In this document: positions 54,201 through 64,000 of the stretch, one piece after another | How the letters are laid out: each line of letters opens with the position of its first letter | Position numbering within the stretch: position 1 is the stretch's first letter | NCBI GenBank assembly: GCA_946965045.2 | Contig: OX337228.1 | Coordinates: forward strand, 2,604,001-2,668,000 | Source of the DNA: Epithemia pelagica | Taxonomy: Eukaryota; Protista; Bacillariophyta | DNA: 64,000 nucleotides | Direction: 5' to 3' | The notes under the pieces: model-generated | What the model saw: the letters and a program-made list of their open reading frames with translations, nothing else | Told to the model about the DNA's origin: nothing | Databases searched by the model: none | Translations under genes and position numbers: made by a program

Positions 54201-57200
54201 TTTTTGTCTAGCAGTCTTCTTCGGACTTTCCGTTTTTTTCTGTGAATCCGTCTTACTCTTCTCTTTCACGGATTTCGTTTCTTTGTGAGATTTTTCAGAC
54301 TTCCTGTGATCTTGGTCAACCCCAGCTGGTTTCTCTGGCTTTTTGGTCACATCCACGTTCGTCCCCTCAACTTCATCCTTCGAAGAGTCCTCTATGGCTC
54401 CTTCTTTGTCCTCTGTACTTTGGATGCTTTCCGAGGAAGCGCGTTTCTCTCCTTTGTCATCTTTCACGTGTTTACTCTCAATGGTTTCTTCACTTTCCTC
54501 GACGGAAGCTTTGTCAGTAACCTCTGAGCCACCTTCCGTTTTGCCTCCGAATATGCCTGAAAAATAACCGGGAGTACTTTGTTTCAGTGAAGTCGAGTCT
54601 TCATGAACGCTGGTAATTTTCTCATCTTCTGCCTTGTGCGTTCCAAATCCCCATGACGAAAAATACGACTTTGCTGCTTTACTTTCGTCCTTTGCGGAAT
54701 CAGGGTCCGCGTTCGAATCAACGGATTCCGTTACGTTGTCTTTTGGTTCTGGATGTCCTTCAGTATCGTTTGATTTATTTTCTGCAGCAGAAGTATCAAT
54801 GTCACATTTGTCTGCAGAATGATCTTGAGCTTTGGGAGGTGGGACTTGCTCAGATTCCACGTCCTTCTCCGTTTTCGGGGTTTCTTCCTTCTTTGCTCCT
54901 CCAAAACCCCATGACGAAAAATATGACGTTGTTCCATTATTCTTATCCTCTGCAGAGTCCGTATCCGCGTTCGTGTTCATATCAACGGATTCCACGACCT
55001 GTTCCTTTGGTTCTTGTTGTCCCTCGGAAGAGAGAGATTTATTTTTGGCAGATGAGGCATCTCCATCACAGTAGTCTGTGGTATGATCTTCACCTTTGGG
55101 AGGTGGGACGTGCTCAGATTCCACGTCCTTCTCCGTTTTCGGGATTTGTTCCTTCTTTGCTCCTCCAAAACCCCATGACGAAAAATATGACGTTGTTCCA
55201 TTATTCTTATCCTCTGCAGAGTCCGTATCCGCGTTCGTGTTCATATCAACGGATTCCGCGACCTGTTCCTTTGGTTCTTGTTGTCCCTCGGAAGAGAGAG
55301 ATTTATTTTTGGCAGATGAGGCATCTCCATCACAGTCGTCTGTGGAATGATCTTCACCTTTCGGATGCGAGGCATGCTCAGCTTCTACTTCGTTCCCTTT
55401 TCCCGGTGTCTCCTCCTCTTTCTTTGTTCCTCCCAAACGCCATGACGAGAAAAAAGATGACGGATGACTGTCGTCCTTTGCAACAGAACTAGAGGACTGA
55501 TCAATGTCTGCTTCGGAATTTGAGCCAACTTCTTTGTCCTGGGTAATCGACGATCCACTGTCAGCTCTGGAAGAAGATTCACTGTCAGCTCTGGGAGAAG
55601 ATTCACCGTCGTCTCCGGGTTGGGTAGTTGCTTCCTTTGATTCGACAACGAGTGGCTCTTTCGGAGTATCTTCCTTTTTTGATGCTCCAAACCCCCAAGA
55701 TGAAAAGATTGATGTCTTAGTGCCATTTTCTTGTTTCTCAGGGTGGGTTTTGTCGAAAGTCTCTTCCGCTTCTGTTTCTTCAGAAGCTTCACCAGCTCCT
55801 ACCTCCGGTGCAGCTGACACCGCAGGATCTTCCTCCGTCAACACAGAGGGATCTTCGGAAGATTGCACTGCACTTATGCCATCGACTAGATTCGCCGGCT
55901 CACCTACATCTGTTTCGTCATGTACCGCAGGCTCAGATTCTTCCGATTTTGTTTCTTTCTTGATTCCTCCAAAACCCCATGAGAAGAAACGGTTGGTATT
56001 GGTGGCGCCTCTACTCGTCTCATCCGACGCTGAGTTCGCACTTTCCTTCGGAGGTGTGGACTCATTCGCTGGTGTATCCCTCTGGTTTTCTCCATGTTCA
56101 GTCGTGCTACCTGCTACCATCTCAGTAAGAACGGCAAGATGAGCATCGTCAATATTGGACGAATCATCCGAATTCGATTCCGAACCATCTCGTTTCTCAT
56201 TTTGATTCAGTTCACTTTCTCCTATGTCGTCCTTCCTCTTAATGGAAATTGATTCTCCGGCAATTTTTGTTTGTTTCACATCTTTGTCATCAGGACTATT
56301 GACGGCATGCGATGCCTCAGGGGACTGCACGCTAGTGTCATCAGTGACGATTTCTGATTCTGGGTTTCCACAATATTCGTCATCGTCCCGGTTCGAAAGA
56401 GCGTCTGATTCTGTGTCACCATACCCATCATCCATCATGACGTTGCCACTGCTTAACTCGTCGTCTGTTGGGGCAGATTTGGCAGATGGATCCGGGTTGG
56501 TTTCTCCATTATCATCTCTAGCGGATACTGTATTGGCTTCTCCAGATGTTGTTGTTGACTCCAAAGCCACCTCTGAATTGTCAACAGTCGACTCAACAGG
56601 GAGGTCACCACTTGTGTTCTCATATTCTTCTCCATTCCAGAGTACCGTTTCCTCTTTTCCGTCTGTATCACTTTTCTCGGGAGGACTTGCTTCACAAACA
56701 TCATGGTCAACAGAAGCTCTTCGTGATGGCTTTGAAGGCATTGTATCTATATCAGCCTTCCGTTGTCGCCCTCTGTCGCTATCGTCTTCATCGTCGCTAC
56801 CTTCCACAGTTGACATCTGAAGGGAGGCATTCCGTGTTGGTAGAGATGGTATCGAATCAGGTGAAGATCCACTTTCATTTTCAAAGGCAGCTTGTTTTGT
56901 GCTTTGTTTTCGTATGTAGTCAAACATGGAGCCTGTGTCTGGTCCATCGGGGTCTGAGAGATCAGAATCAACACGGCTTTTCCGGGGGCGACGGTTTCCC
57001 TCGATTGCTTGCTGGAAAACGTCATCATTGTCGTTATTTCCCTGTTCAAACGATGACTCACGACCAAATGTTTCGGGTTGTACATTATCAGCGTTTTCTG
57101 CTTCGGTATGCGGAGGAACGACTGGAATGTCGATATCCGATGTACTCTCTGAAGAGTAGGTGCCATAAGGCGGTCGTGTCACGCCCTCATCTTCGTCAGG

Positions 57201-59375
57201 GATTTGCTTCTCATCACGTCCCAGTACATCATTCTGATCGTCATCCAGGTTAACGCCCGACGAGTGGTCGTCTTCCTCCTCATCGTCATCGTCGTCCGGT
57301 GGTATGTCTTCGTTCGCATATTTTCCCGAAAAGGTATTCATTGAAGACCGACGATTTGATGTGTCTTGAACTCTTTCATCTTCGTCCTCCTCTACATGCT
57401 CCGGAATGACATCATCATCATCGTCGTCTTCGTCTTCATCATCATCGGAATCTTCTTCTGAGAACCTAGTTGAGTGTTCATCGCTATCTTCACCAAACGC
57501 GAATGTGTTACCTGACTCGTCTCCAAAACCAGGACCTGATGATGCACATGCTTCATTGGTTGCCTGTTGCGCTGATATTGATGCTCGTCGCGATTCACTG
57601 ACGGCTTCGCTATCGACAACCTTACTGAATTCATCCTCTGCTGTGCTTTCGAGCTTCTCCTTGACGGAGCTTTCATCCATCTTTTCCATAACTTCATCAT
57701 CAGACACGGGGCTTCCATCAATATCATCATTGCCGTGTGTAAATCCAAGTGCATTTTTCTCGGACACGCCGTCAGAATCTTCGAATTGTGGGGTTTGCTC
57801 ATCATTCCATTGTATCTGCTCATCTCCAGAGTCCACATCGTGATCATTCTCCGAACCGGCCTCCTCGTTGCTTACATCATGGCCTCCCCCCATATCTAAT
57901 GGCTCCGCACTGAACTGGTCAGGCTCCGGATCGGCTTCTGCAAGGGAATTCGAAGCGACGAGGTTGGTGTTGTCCTCAACCTCCGTTGGATCATCTTCTG
58001 ATGCAACTTGGTCGATGACAGGTTGTTCTTCAACTTCCTGGAGGTCCTCCGCTGCTTCTTGGCACAGTGGTTGCTCCTCGTCTGATGCGGTATCCAGCGT
58101 CTCGGGGGCAAGCTCTTCGATTGGTTCCTCGGAGTCTTCTGTGGATTGAAACATTGGGTCCTCTTCTCCAACCCTCTCCTGAAGATCTCTGACGTCTTCT
58201 TCTTCTTTGTCGTTCGTAACGTCATCGTCTTCGGAGGACTCCGATCCTGTCTCTCCGTCCTGTTTGAGGTTCTTTTTCTTCTTCTTTCGTGAAGCTGATT
58301 TCTCACCCTGTTGTTGTTTGTCCATCTCTATAGGCGAATCACGTGCACTACTCTCCATGTCCATTTCTTTTTTCACGGACTTTGGGGTTTTGCTCTTAAC
58401 ATCCGTTCGATCGTCTTGATCATCCTCCATGGACTTTGGTGACGTCTTGGACTTTGATTTCTCTGGTTTGGTCTTTTCAACAGGAGTGGCAGCCGTCTTT
58501 TCTGCCTTGGACTTGGAGGATGACGCCTTTTCGGCTTTGGGTGACTTCGAAGCGCTTTTGGGTTCGGCAGAAGAGGCCTTCTCCGATTTGGGTGAATTTT
58601 CATTTGTTTCTTTGTCGGTGGATTTGTGTTTGATGCTACTACTTTCGACTGCCGCCTTGTCTGGTTTGCGTTGTTCTGGGGATTTGGGTTCCACCGGTGT
58701 GTTGGCGGCAAAGGGATCTGAGCTGGGAAAAGGATCAGAGGACGACTTTTGCTTGTCTGGGCTTGGCTGCTTTTTGGACTTTTTGTTGTTGTTGGTGTCG
58801 GATGCCTTGTCAGATTTCGAGCCAGCAGCCTTTTGTGAATTGAAAAAGTCGGACAGAAAATCGCTCGCCTTATTCTGCCGCCAGCTATCCTCGGTTCTCG
58901 TGTCGTACGAGGCAACGGTGGCGTCGTCACCACCCGCAACACTATAGTCCGACTCATCAAACAGAGGACCCGCCACCGTACTAGCATCGTCATCACCACC
59001 ACCACCACCACCACCGGGTAAGTCCATGAGTTGATCATCGTCCTCGTCTCCATCCGAAGAATCATCGTCACTGCTGTCATCGTCCTGTTTGGCCTTTTTC
59101 TTCTTGGAAACGGGCTTCTTCTTTTTGGATGAAGTGGCCTTTTCCGATGAGTTCTCTGGGGAGGCTGTTGTCTCTGGTTCTGATTTGGAAGCAGCGGCCA
59201 ATCGAGGATCGGCGGCAGAGTCCAATGTATCGATTGCACCAAATCCACCCAAACCACCATCATCCACTTGTTGTTGCGATTCCTGCCCTTCCTCGTCGGC
59301 CGGTTTCGACGACCATGTGAACCATCCCATCCTGGATATTTGTTTGCTTGGTTCGAGGACCAGGAGAGAGAGCAA
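51249..59375 (-). CDS. Very large acidic low-complexity protein (about 2.7 kaa); likely start MGWF at 59330
   Basis: 8.1-kb uninterrupted ORF rich in D/E/S/K with recurring FSSWGFG motifs; no folded domain recognised. Confidence 0.8.
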   Translation of the reverse strand: MLSLLVLEPSKQISRMGWFTWSSKPADEEGQESQQQVDDGGLGGFGAIDTLDSAADPRLAAASKSEPETTASPENSSEKATSSKKKKPVSKKKKAKQDDDSSDDDSSDGDEDDDQLMDLPGGGGGGGDDDASTVAGPLFDESDYSVAGGDDATVASYDTRTEDSWRQNKASDFLSDFFNSQKAAGSKSDKASDTNNNKKSKKQPSPDKQKSSSDPFPSSDPFAANTPVEPKSPEQRKPDKAAVESSSIKHKSTDKETNENSPKSEKASSAEPKSASKSPKAEKASSSKSKAEKTAATPVEKTKPEKSKSKTSPKSMEDDQDDRTDVKSKTPKSVKKEMDMESSARDSPIEMDKQQQGEKSASRKKKKKNLKQDGETGSESSEDDDVTNDKEEEDVRDLQERVGEEDPMFQSTEDSEEPIEELAPETLDTASDEEQPLCQEAAEDLQEVEEQPVIDQVASEDDPTEVEDNTNLVASNSLAEADPEPDQFSAEPLDMGGGHDVSNEEAGSENDHDVDSGDEQIQWNDEQTPQFEDSDGVSEKNALGFTHGNDDIDGSPVSDDEVMEKMDESSVKEKLESTAEDEFSKVVDSEAVSESRRASISAQQATNEACASSGPGFGDESGNTFAFGEDSDEHSTRFSEEDSDDDEDEDDDDDDVIPEHVEEDEDERVQDTSNRRSSMNTFSGKYANEDIPPDDDDDEEEDDHSSGVNLDDDQNDVLGRDEKQIPDEDEGVTRPPYGTYSSESTSDIDIPVVPPHTEAENADNVQPETFGRESSFEQGNNDNDDVFQQAIEGNRRPRKSRVDSDLSDPDGPDTGSMFDYIRKQSTKQAAFENESGSSPDSIPSLPTRNASLQMSTVEGSDDEDDSDRGRQRKADIDTMPSKPSRRASVDHDVCEASPPEKSDTDGKEETVLWNGEEYENTSGDLPVESTVDNSEVALESTTTSGEANTVSARDDNGETNPDPSAKSAPTDDELSSGNVMMDDGYGDTESDALSNRDDDEYCGNPESEIVTDDTSVQSPEASHAVNSPDDKDVKQTKIAGESISIKRKDDIGESELNQNEKRDGSESNSDDSSNIDDAHLAVLTEMVAGSTTEHGENQRDTPANESTPPKESANSASDETSRGATNTNRFFSWGFGGIKKETKSEESEPAVHDETDVGEPANLVDGISAVQSSEDPSVLTEEDPAVSAAPEVGAGEASEETEAEETFDKTHPEKQENGTKTSIFSSWGFGASKKEDTPKEPLVVESKEATTQPGDDGESSPRADSESSSRADSGSSITQDKEVGSNSEADIDQSSSSVAKDDSHPSSFFSSWRLGGTKKEEETPGKGNEVEAEHASHPKGEDHSTDDCDGDASSAKNKSLSSEGQQEPKEQVAESVDMNTNADTDSAEDKNNGTTSYFSSWGFGGAKKEQIPKTEKDVESEHVPPPKGEDHTTDYCDGDASSAKNKSLSSEGQQEPKEQVVESVDMNTNADTDSAEDKNNGTTSYFSSWGFGGAKKEETPKTEKDVESEQVPPPKAQDHSADKCDIDTSAAENKSNDTEGHPEPKDNVTESVDSNADPDSAKDESKAAKSYFSSWGFGTHKAEDEKITSVHEDSTSLKQSTPGYFSGIFGGKTEGGSEVTDKASVEESEETIESKHVKDDKGEKRASSESIQSTEDKEGAIEDSSKDEVEGTNVDVTKKPEKPAGVDQDHRKSEKSHKETKSVKEKSKTDSQKKTESPKKTARQKDLGTKNEKQKGRKGKTPKDVPDIKTMEDESEAEIRSNKGKSEEGMSQTSVDLSSDKDTTPLASVTNKETDEGSDSSDDDSSSSDSDSDSDSDSEGEDGKPYKLVVKEAPLLRLENVTSITRSQIPVDKMQKQNTGGTWGSFFSSLGLSGDAKKKPSSFGLGGETPKPPSSSGTTTNDDNAKPGVGTDGASGAVGKTASSIAKDTLLANMKRPPASETKQVGGSALAKTGAVSTAPKVGAPSAASTGEKAMAATKPINSAAQPNGAAPTPSKQIGQLSGETMELLARLAAELPPDNPPTQPSATTSFQPRSFQKPAPQIPSKDDKKKMKKEKKGKKGKDQGGLLGAHFKKSNVRKVSRHGDEVSVGTTNLKKKTGADQQHVALDTSREVNDEPAPEKGFRPWEKDFKKRRPAPMPKAEKGVNAAIVEEDSENEEEEENDVAAEPVKHGSDNDLEPFDQPKELEDGPEDSKDDDGDFDEDESRDALTSLSALERALMKDEPDEENFDDVWDTLSADVSTAIEVERKQRENFRRKKDRKSTKKTKKRDDDDDDKENQYFRLFESKAKSSKKKGKKEDDKISSDFLAKIREVFEEDSDAEENPAGTEAFEVCFGDMLGDEESDNDGDGFGSSEDKSISSSSKRSSKSKMTKASRYSTRNKSSSKKIRSSKRPKLNPAEILETEMRRQQRVKTMSVSSLKQEMSDRRGTSTTLLKKEFEESKRQRKEAASSGWSSWSDNEPIPKESQTKRNMDRSQRSNSFHQTNSKSGLGNSSHRDKQVDRWKTEHTDATSDLDDLKTTQQDAYGGGGGSGLFGSQGLSAMDTSEIGVEDTSSGLFASDSQSFMATQESPLGSLGPGAPPMGSLVSSNLPSIGNTAVSKGSSHSSSDREQSMPMFGMSTIAEDHDDDENERGLLSTEFSGEFSGDDDTVNTAARKSSRRFGLKAPKIGLGMKRFIPKRNSNSLHGSQHNGGGLSSGGDSDDNESLLG
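54831..55358. repeat. Intragenic tandem duplication, 264-bp unit (88 aa) x2, plus a diverged partial copy at about 54630-54830
   Basis: TTTGGGAGGT starts at 54831 and 55095; the copies are nearly identical. Confidence 0.9.
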
Positions 59376-60411
59376 CTAATAAGAAGCAATGTCTCTCTCG
59401 GGTATAGAAGAAGGGATGGGGGTTTGGGTTTGCGTTTCTGTTGTTCAGTTTTTCTCAAATGCCTTGGGTCTTCGTTTCCAGTCAAAAACACCCCCAAAGC
59501 CATGTCAATCGCACTTGATCGTTATGGGACGAATGAGGCGGAACACCCCATCTTTCAATTATGATTTCGTATTATAGTTCACTAGTAAGTTTGATGTTGT
59601 CTCAGGCGATGGAGATTGTTCGTTGCAGCGACGAATGCCGTTCTGCACTTACGCCCGAATGTCCCTACCAGATCCCGTGGGATGACCCTGTTTTGAAAAA
59701 AGTTTTGGAAGATGGCGCGTTCCAAGTCCAAAAGGGTTAAGCGTATTTTACTTCATTCGCTATTCAAGACCCTTTATCCAAAAAGAGGGTTGACAAATTA
59801 GGTTAGAGAAGCAATTGTTGATCCCAGAAGCCCCGGGACCCGGGATCGTAGATTCTCATCATCGTCTACTGGAATAACGACGATGGGATAGCTACAACAG
59901 ACAACTTGTAAAGATTTTATTCTTTCGAGTCAGGATCTACATCGTTTGCCGACGAGAATTCGTATTGTTTGGAACTGTTTCTCGATTACGGAATTCATCC
60001 ATCGGTTCAATTGCAAGAACACTTTGTCCAGTTGCTCACTCTAGCCCCCTGAGTCCTCATGTCGGCTACATGTCTCTCTATCACTGGAGTTTTATTTTGG
60101 AAGGTAGCTCTGATGAATCTCATCCATAGCTACCCCTCCCGCAGTTATCGGCGGTTTGTAGCGCTAGCCATTCCTCTAGTAGTGTATTAGAGGGAGGGAT
60201 CGCTCGTTTGGTTCTATTCTATGGGAAAGTCTTTGGAGCAAAGAGCAACTGACTCTGCGACGGCTGCATCTTCTTCTTGATGTGTGTGTACAGGTGACGA
60301 GTGTGGTTTGCCATGTTCGTACAATATCAATGGGCCTTCCCCAGGCCATGTAATGACGGAACGCATGCGCGCCGAACCATTCTCGACCGCAAAAGATCTG
60401 ACTTGGGTCAA

Positions 60412-61206
60412 TCAATCGCTCGCTCTATCGTGGTCATCGTGCCTCGAGATGTATTTGCGATAGGTCCAAAACCTGGCATCCGTGGCGAGGCAAATATCAC
60501 TATCACCACTTGCACCCGGAACCAGCACGGTCCCGGCTTTGAGAATCCCCTCCTCCGCGCCGCCGCCCTCTGGTTGTGGTTCTGATGAAATGGGTTGGAA
60601 TCCTCGCGACACTGTAAACCACTGACGGACTCGTTCCTTATGGTCGTGTCTCCATTGCGTGGGCGCCAACACTTCGAGCTCCAACTCGACTACTTCTTCC
60701 ATGGAAGTAGTAGACTTCGAGGAACCAGTCGCTGGTTCTTCGGCCAAGGTCCTCTTGACAAAATCTTCCACCGCATCCATTAATGTTCGGGCCAATCCTT
60801 GTCCTTGATACTCGGGATGCACCGCCAAACATCCGACATGGATCGTCCGGTAGGCGTCGTTCCGAGGTGCGGCATCCTGTGGTTGCTCCGTTTCGACGCG
60901 GACACACCCATAGCAGCCGAGCTTCTCTCCCGGCTTGTGGTGGTTGCCATTCACCACGACGACCAGTAACTGCCCGTGTTCGAGCCATTCCGTCACTTGA
61001 GAGACGGACGCACGTTGAATGGGTGGTTTCAGAATGCCATGTTCCCCCATGGCATAGGCCGGATTAATCACCTCATGGGTCAATTGCCGGGCATCCAGTG
61101 TTTTGGTGGACCCCCATTGGACTTGAAAGTCCAGCAACGACAACGAGTCGTTGGGGATGCGACGAGAAGCCATTTTGTGGACAAAACGAATGGATCTGTT
61201 CGCCAC
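60412..61206 (-). CDS. GNAT-family N-acetyltransferase
   Basis: Acetyl-CoA motif A: HVGCLAVHPEYQGQGLARTLM. Confidence 0.88.
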   Translation of the reverse strand: MANRSIRFVHKMASRRIPNDSLSLLDFQVQWGSTKTLDARQLTHEVINPAYAMGEHGILKPPIQRASVSQVTEWLEHGQLLVVVVNGNHHKPGEKLGCYGCVRVETEQPQDAAPRNDAYRTIHVGCLAVHPEYQGQGLARTLMDAVEDFVKRTLAEEPATGSSKSTTSMEEVVELELEVLAPTQWRHDHKERVRQWFTVSRGFQPISSEPQPEGGGAEEGILKAGTVLVPGASGDSDICLATDARFWTYRKYISRHDDHDRASD

Positions 61207-62470
61207 AACCGATGATCCAATCGCAGTTAGAATACTCTCGCTCCGTTGCTATATATTCGTACGAAAAGAGGGGATCTGGTATGGCATCCGACCATCCGCT
61301 ATGCGTGCTCCCTGCAGCAAAGGGGCTATAGAGAGATGAGATAAAGGGAGCAGGCACGGGAGCACTCTTGCTTGTTGTTGTGTGGCTAGGTGGTGATGCA
61401 ATGAGATTGAGATGCATACTCATCTAGGCGTAGTGTATCGAGCGCAAGACGAACCGTGGCATTCTCCTCGTGTCGTGTGATGGTTCACGATTCATGCGAC
61501 AGTGCTACTGTATCAATTCTCGAGAAACGGTCTTGCTCGTGTTTGTGGTGTCGGGCGTTGATGTATGCCTCTCTTCTTGTAGGATTCGTAACTAGACCAA
61601 CGAACAACCACTCTTGACTCCTGTGCGGTGCTCATTGGAGGTTGGAGGGCGCGGTCGCCACCGTCTCATTCTGTGGGAGTCTGAGAATGTGGGCTTAGGG
61701 ATCTTCGGCTGGCGCGCTCACGGGTCGGACTCTGGCGATTCACTCTCGATCTGTCACGAAGTGATTGGATTAATATTAGGGTTTAAGTATTGGACATACT
61801 GAAAAGATAGAGAGTGGATGGTTCGTTCCGATTGCAAGATTGGCCTGTATTCTAGAGTCAAACGGAAGGAGAATTCCCCTCCATCGCTAAGTTCTTCTGT
61901 TGAGATTGATTCGTTTGATGATCATGTACACAATAGTTGATGGGTTCTATTCTGGTGTATATGTTTTGCGAGAGCGTTTGATTCCGAATGACACGCAAGA
62001 AAGCAAACTAACTAAACAAACCAATCGGTGATAGACAAGAGTGTTTGCTACCAAAATTCGTTTCGCAGCATAGCACAAAGTCGATTCCTGTTGTTGACGC
62101 TGTGGAAACCTTTGAGAGCCGATTCTCGCGTTGCTCCAGAAAGACAAGTGGTCCATTTGGAACCCACGCCTCCTGGTAGTCGTTGTTTGAGGTACGTTCG
62201 TTGGACTGTGCGTTGGGGTTGTCTAGAGTGTTGCCGTCGACCCTTGCGTGATGGACTGTGGAATGACAACACGTCTCATTTTTTTGTCACGACACAATTC
62301 CGGTGGTTTGCTTTTCAGTCTTGATCTCTACAGGAAGGCTCCAGCACTCGATTCACAGAGTTTCCAGTTGGATCCTTCTCCTCGTGTGTGTATATATTGT
62401 TGTTGTTTGATTGAATCTCTGGCAACCTCTGGTTTCTCAGTCTCGAGACGACAAGTCTTTCCCCAACACA

Positions 62471-64000
62471 ATGCGCATTTTCTTTACCGATGCCTTGGGC
62501 AATCCCATTTTTGGGTTTCGTCGTCGCCACCATCATCATCATTCGCAACCCCTCACCGCTACAACGTACCGGTCCTCCATTCTCATCTCTCCCCATCAAC
62601 ACCATGCACACCAAAAGCAGCAGCAACAACAACAAGCGGCTCGCTATTACACGGATGCACCGACGCGAACCACCTTGTGTTATTATATTTTGAATCGCAA
62701 TTGGGATTGGGTCGTACGGCGAAGTCGGACGCATCCTCAGGAAGTCTTTTACTACGATGGTCGTACCGGGGATACACCCTTGCATGCCGCCTGTCGACTC
62801 AATCCACCACCGCACGTGGTACGAGCCTTGCTGTCCGTCTCCTCCCGGGCCACTGCCCACGAATTGGTCTACAACAAGGACGGATGGACCGCCTTGCATG
62901 TCGCTGCCTCCAACCATTGTTCGCGTGCCGTTTTGGAAGTCTTGGTGGAACATGCCCCCGACGCGGTCTGTCAATTGACTCGCAAAACGAAACGAGCTCC
63001 CATTCATTGTGCCACGGCATCCTTTCGAGGATTGGATCGAGAGGCCTTTTTCTATTTACTCAATATCAGTTTGACACGGACACTGGTACAACCACAACCC
63101 GACGACGACGACGAAGAAGAAGAGGAGACGGACCATGAAAAGGCGAGTAGTAGTGACAACCTGGATGACACGGAAGTCAGTGAGGATCCGCAAACACTCC
63201 TGGAGGAGTTGGATCATTATCATGGCAGCAAAAAGCGTCCATCCACCACGGGGAGTACGAGTAGTAGTGCTGCTAGTGGTGGAACCAATCTGCTCTGTCT
63301 CAAAGATGGTACCGGTCAAACACCCTTGGCACTCTTGTTCAAAAAGTATCGGGAACGCGTGAGACATGTGTGTCAACAAATGGATCAACTCCATTTGAGT
63401 CGAAACGATGCCTTGGAGTTGGTCCAAACCGAATTGGGAAATCTCTGGCACAAGGCACGAAGTCTCGTAGAACGACTGAGTGCGGTCTTGTCCTCTTCGG
63501 AAAACAAGGCGGCACGAACCATGGCCAATGAAGCAGCTGCCCATGTCGACAGCGAAGACGAGAATTTCAGTGGCACCACAACGCCTCTTTATCATTCGAC
63601 GAATCCGCGTAGCATCCTCAACCATTCTCATCATCATTCCCATCATCACAACAACCACACTAACCACCATCACCCAAACAGTCGCCGCTTGTCGCACCGT
63701 CGCTTATCGGCAATTTTAAAGTTTCGCAGTCGTTCCTCCTTGCAAGGACGACGATTTCGTTTGGTCCATGCATCTGTGGGATTGATTCGATTTGGGTGTC
63801 CCCCCGAAATGATACGTTTGGCCGTAAGCTTGTATCCTCATCAAGTTTCCGAAGTGGACGAAGATGGCAATCTTCCCTTGCACATTGCGGCCATGGCCTT
63901 TCACGAACAAGCCGTGGCTACGGCCCAAGCCGAAGAACTGGCTGCCCTGCTATCATTGGAGGAAGATGCCAGTAGTTTGCAGACCCTCAACAGTCACAAC
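62471..64000 (+). CDS. Ankyrin-repeat-like protein, truncated by the window end (absent from the supplied ORF track)
   Basis: Manual translation from ATG 62471 is open to 64000: GDTPLHAACRLNPP, GWTALHVAAS, GQTPLALL and DEDGNLPLHIAA. Confidence 0.85.
   Translation, partial: MRIFFTDALGNPIFGFRRRHHHHHSQPLTATTYRSSILISPHQHHAHQKQQQQQQAARYYTDAPTRTTLCYYILNRNWDWVVRRSRTHPQEVFYYDGRTGDTPLHAACRLNPPPHVVRALLSVSSRATAHELVYNKDGWTALHVAASNHCSRAVLEVLVEHAPDAVCQLTRKTKRAPIHCATASFRGLDREAFFYLLNISLTRTLVQPQPDDDDEEEEETDHEKASSSDNLDDTEVSEDPQTLLEELDHYHGSKKRPSTTGSTSSSAASGGTNLLCLKDGTGQTPLALLFKKYRERVRHVCQQMDQLHLSRNDALELVQTELGNLWHKARSLVERLSAVLSSSENKAARTMANEAAAHVDSEDENFSGTTTPLYHSTNPRSILNHSHHHSHHHNNHTNHHHPNSRRLSHRRLSAILKFRSRSSLQGRRFRLVHASVGLIRFGCPPEMIRLAVSLYPHQVSEVDEDGNLPLHIAAMAFHEQAVATAQAEELAALLSLEEDASSLQTLNSHN

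Noticed and set aside
51386-59564. Many antisense and alternate-frame ORFs over the giant acidic gene (and similar ones over other long CDSs)
   Set aside because: Expected shadows of low-complexity coding sequence.

Overview
Eukaryotic nuclear DNA, most likely from a diatom or related ochrophyte. The evidence is short GT-AG introns of 73-88 nt, an ASAFAP-type bipartite plastid-targeting motif (ASAFLA) and organelle-targeted TilS, Lon, NFU and PPR-like genes. Bases 1-17.9 kb form a transposon island of five elements separated by very short spacers: (i) a tyrosine-recombinase (DIRS/Ngaro/PAT-type) retrotransposon with split direct repeats and one in-frame stop in pol; (ii) a foldback-like element with long TIRs containing 8-mer arrays; (iii) an 862-bp hAT deletion derivative nested inside (ii); (iv) an intact plant-type Tc1/mariner element; and (v) a 5.35-kb hAT element bounded by an 8-bp TSD. 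Element (v) carries a core-deleted transposase ORF and, on the opposite strand, an endonuclease III/HhH-GPD DNA glycosylase with both catalytic residues intact, which is the most unusual feature of the window. Bases 18-64 kb are ordinary gene-dense host DNA: CDC5, a TRF4-like polymerase, YTM1/WDR12, PUF6, a PPR-like protein, NFU, Lon, a Na+/H+ antiporter with a 1-nt frameshift, TilS, a 2.7-kaa acidic protein, a GNAT and a truncated ankyrin-like gene. All calls come from reading motifs by eye; no searches were run.
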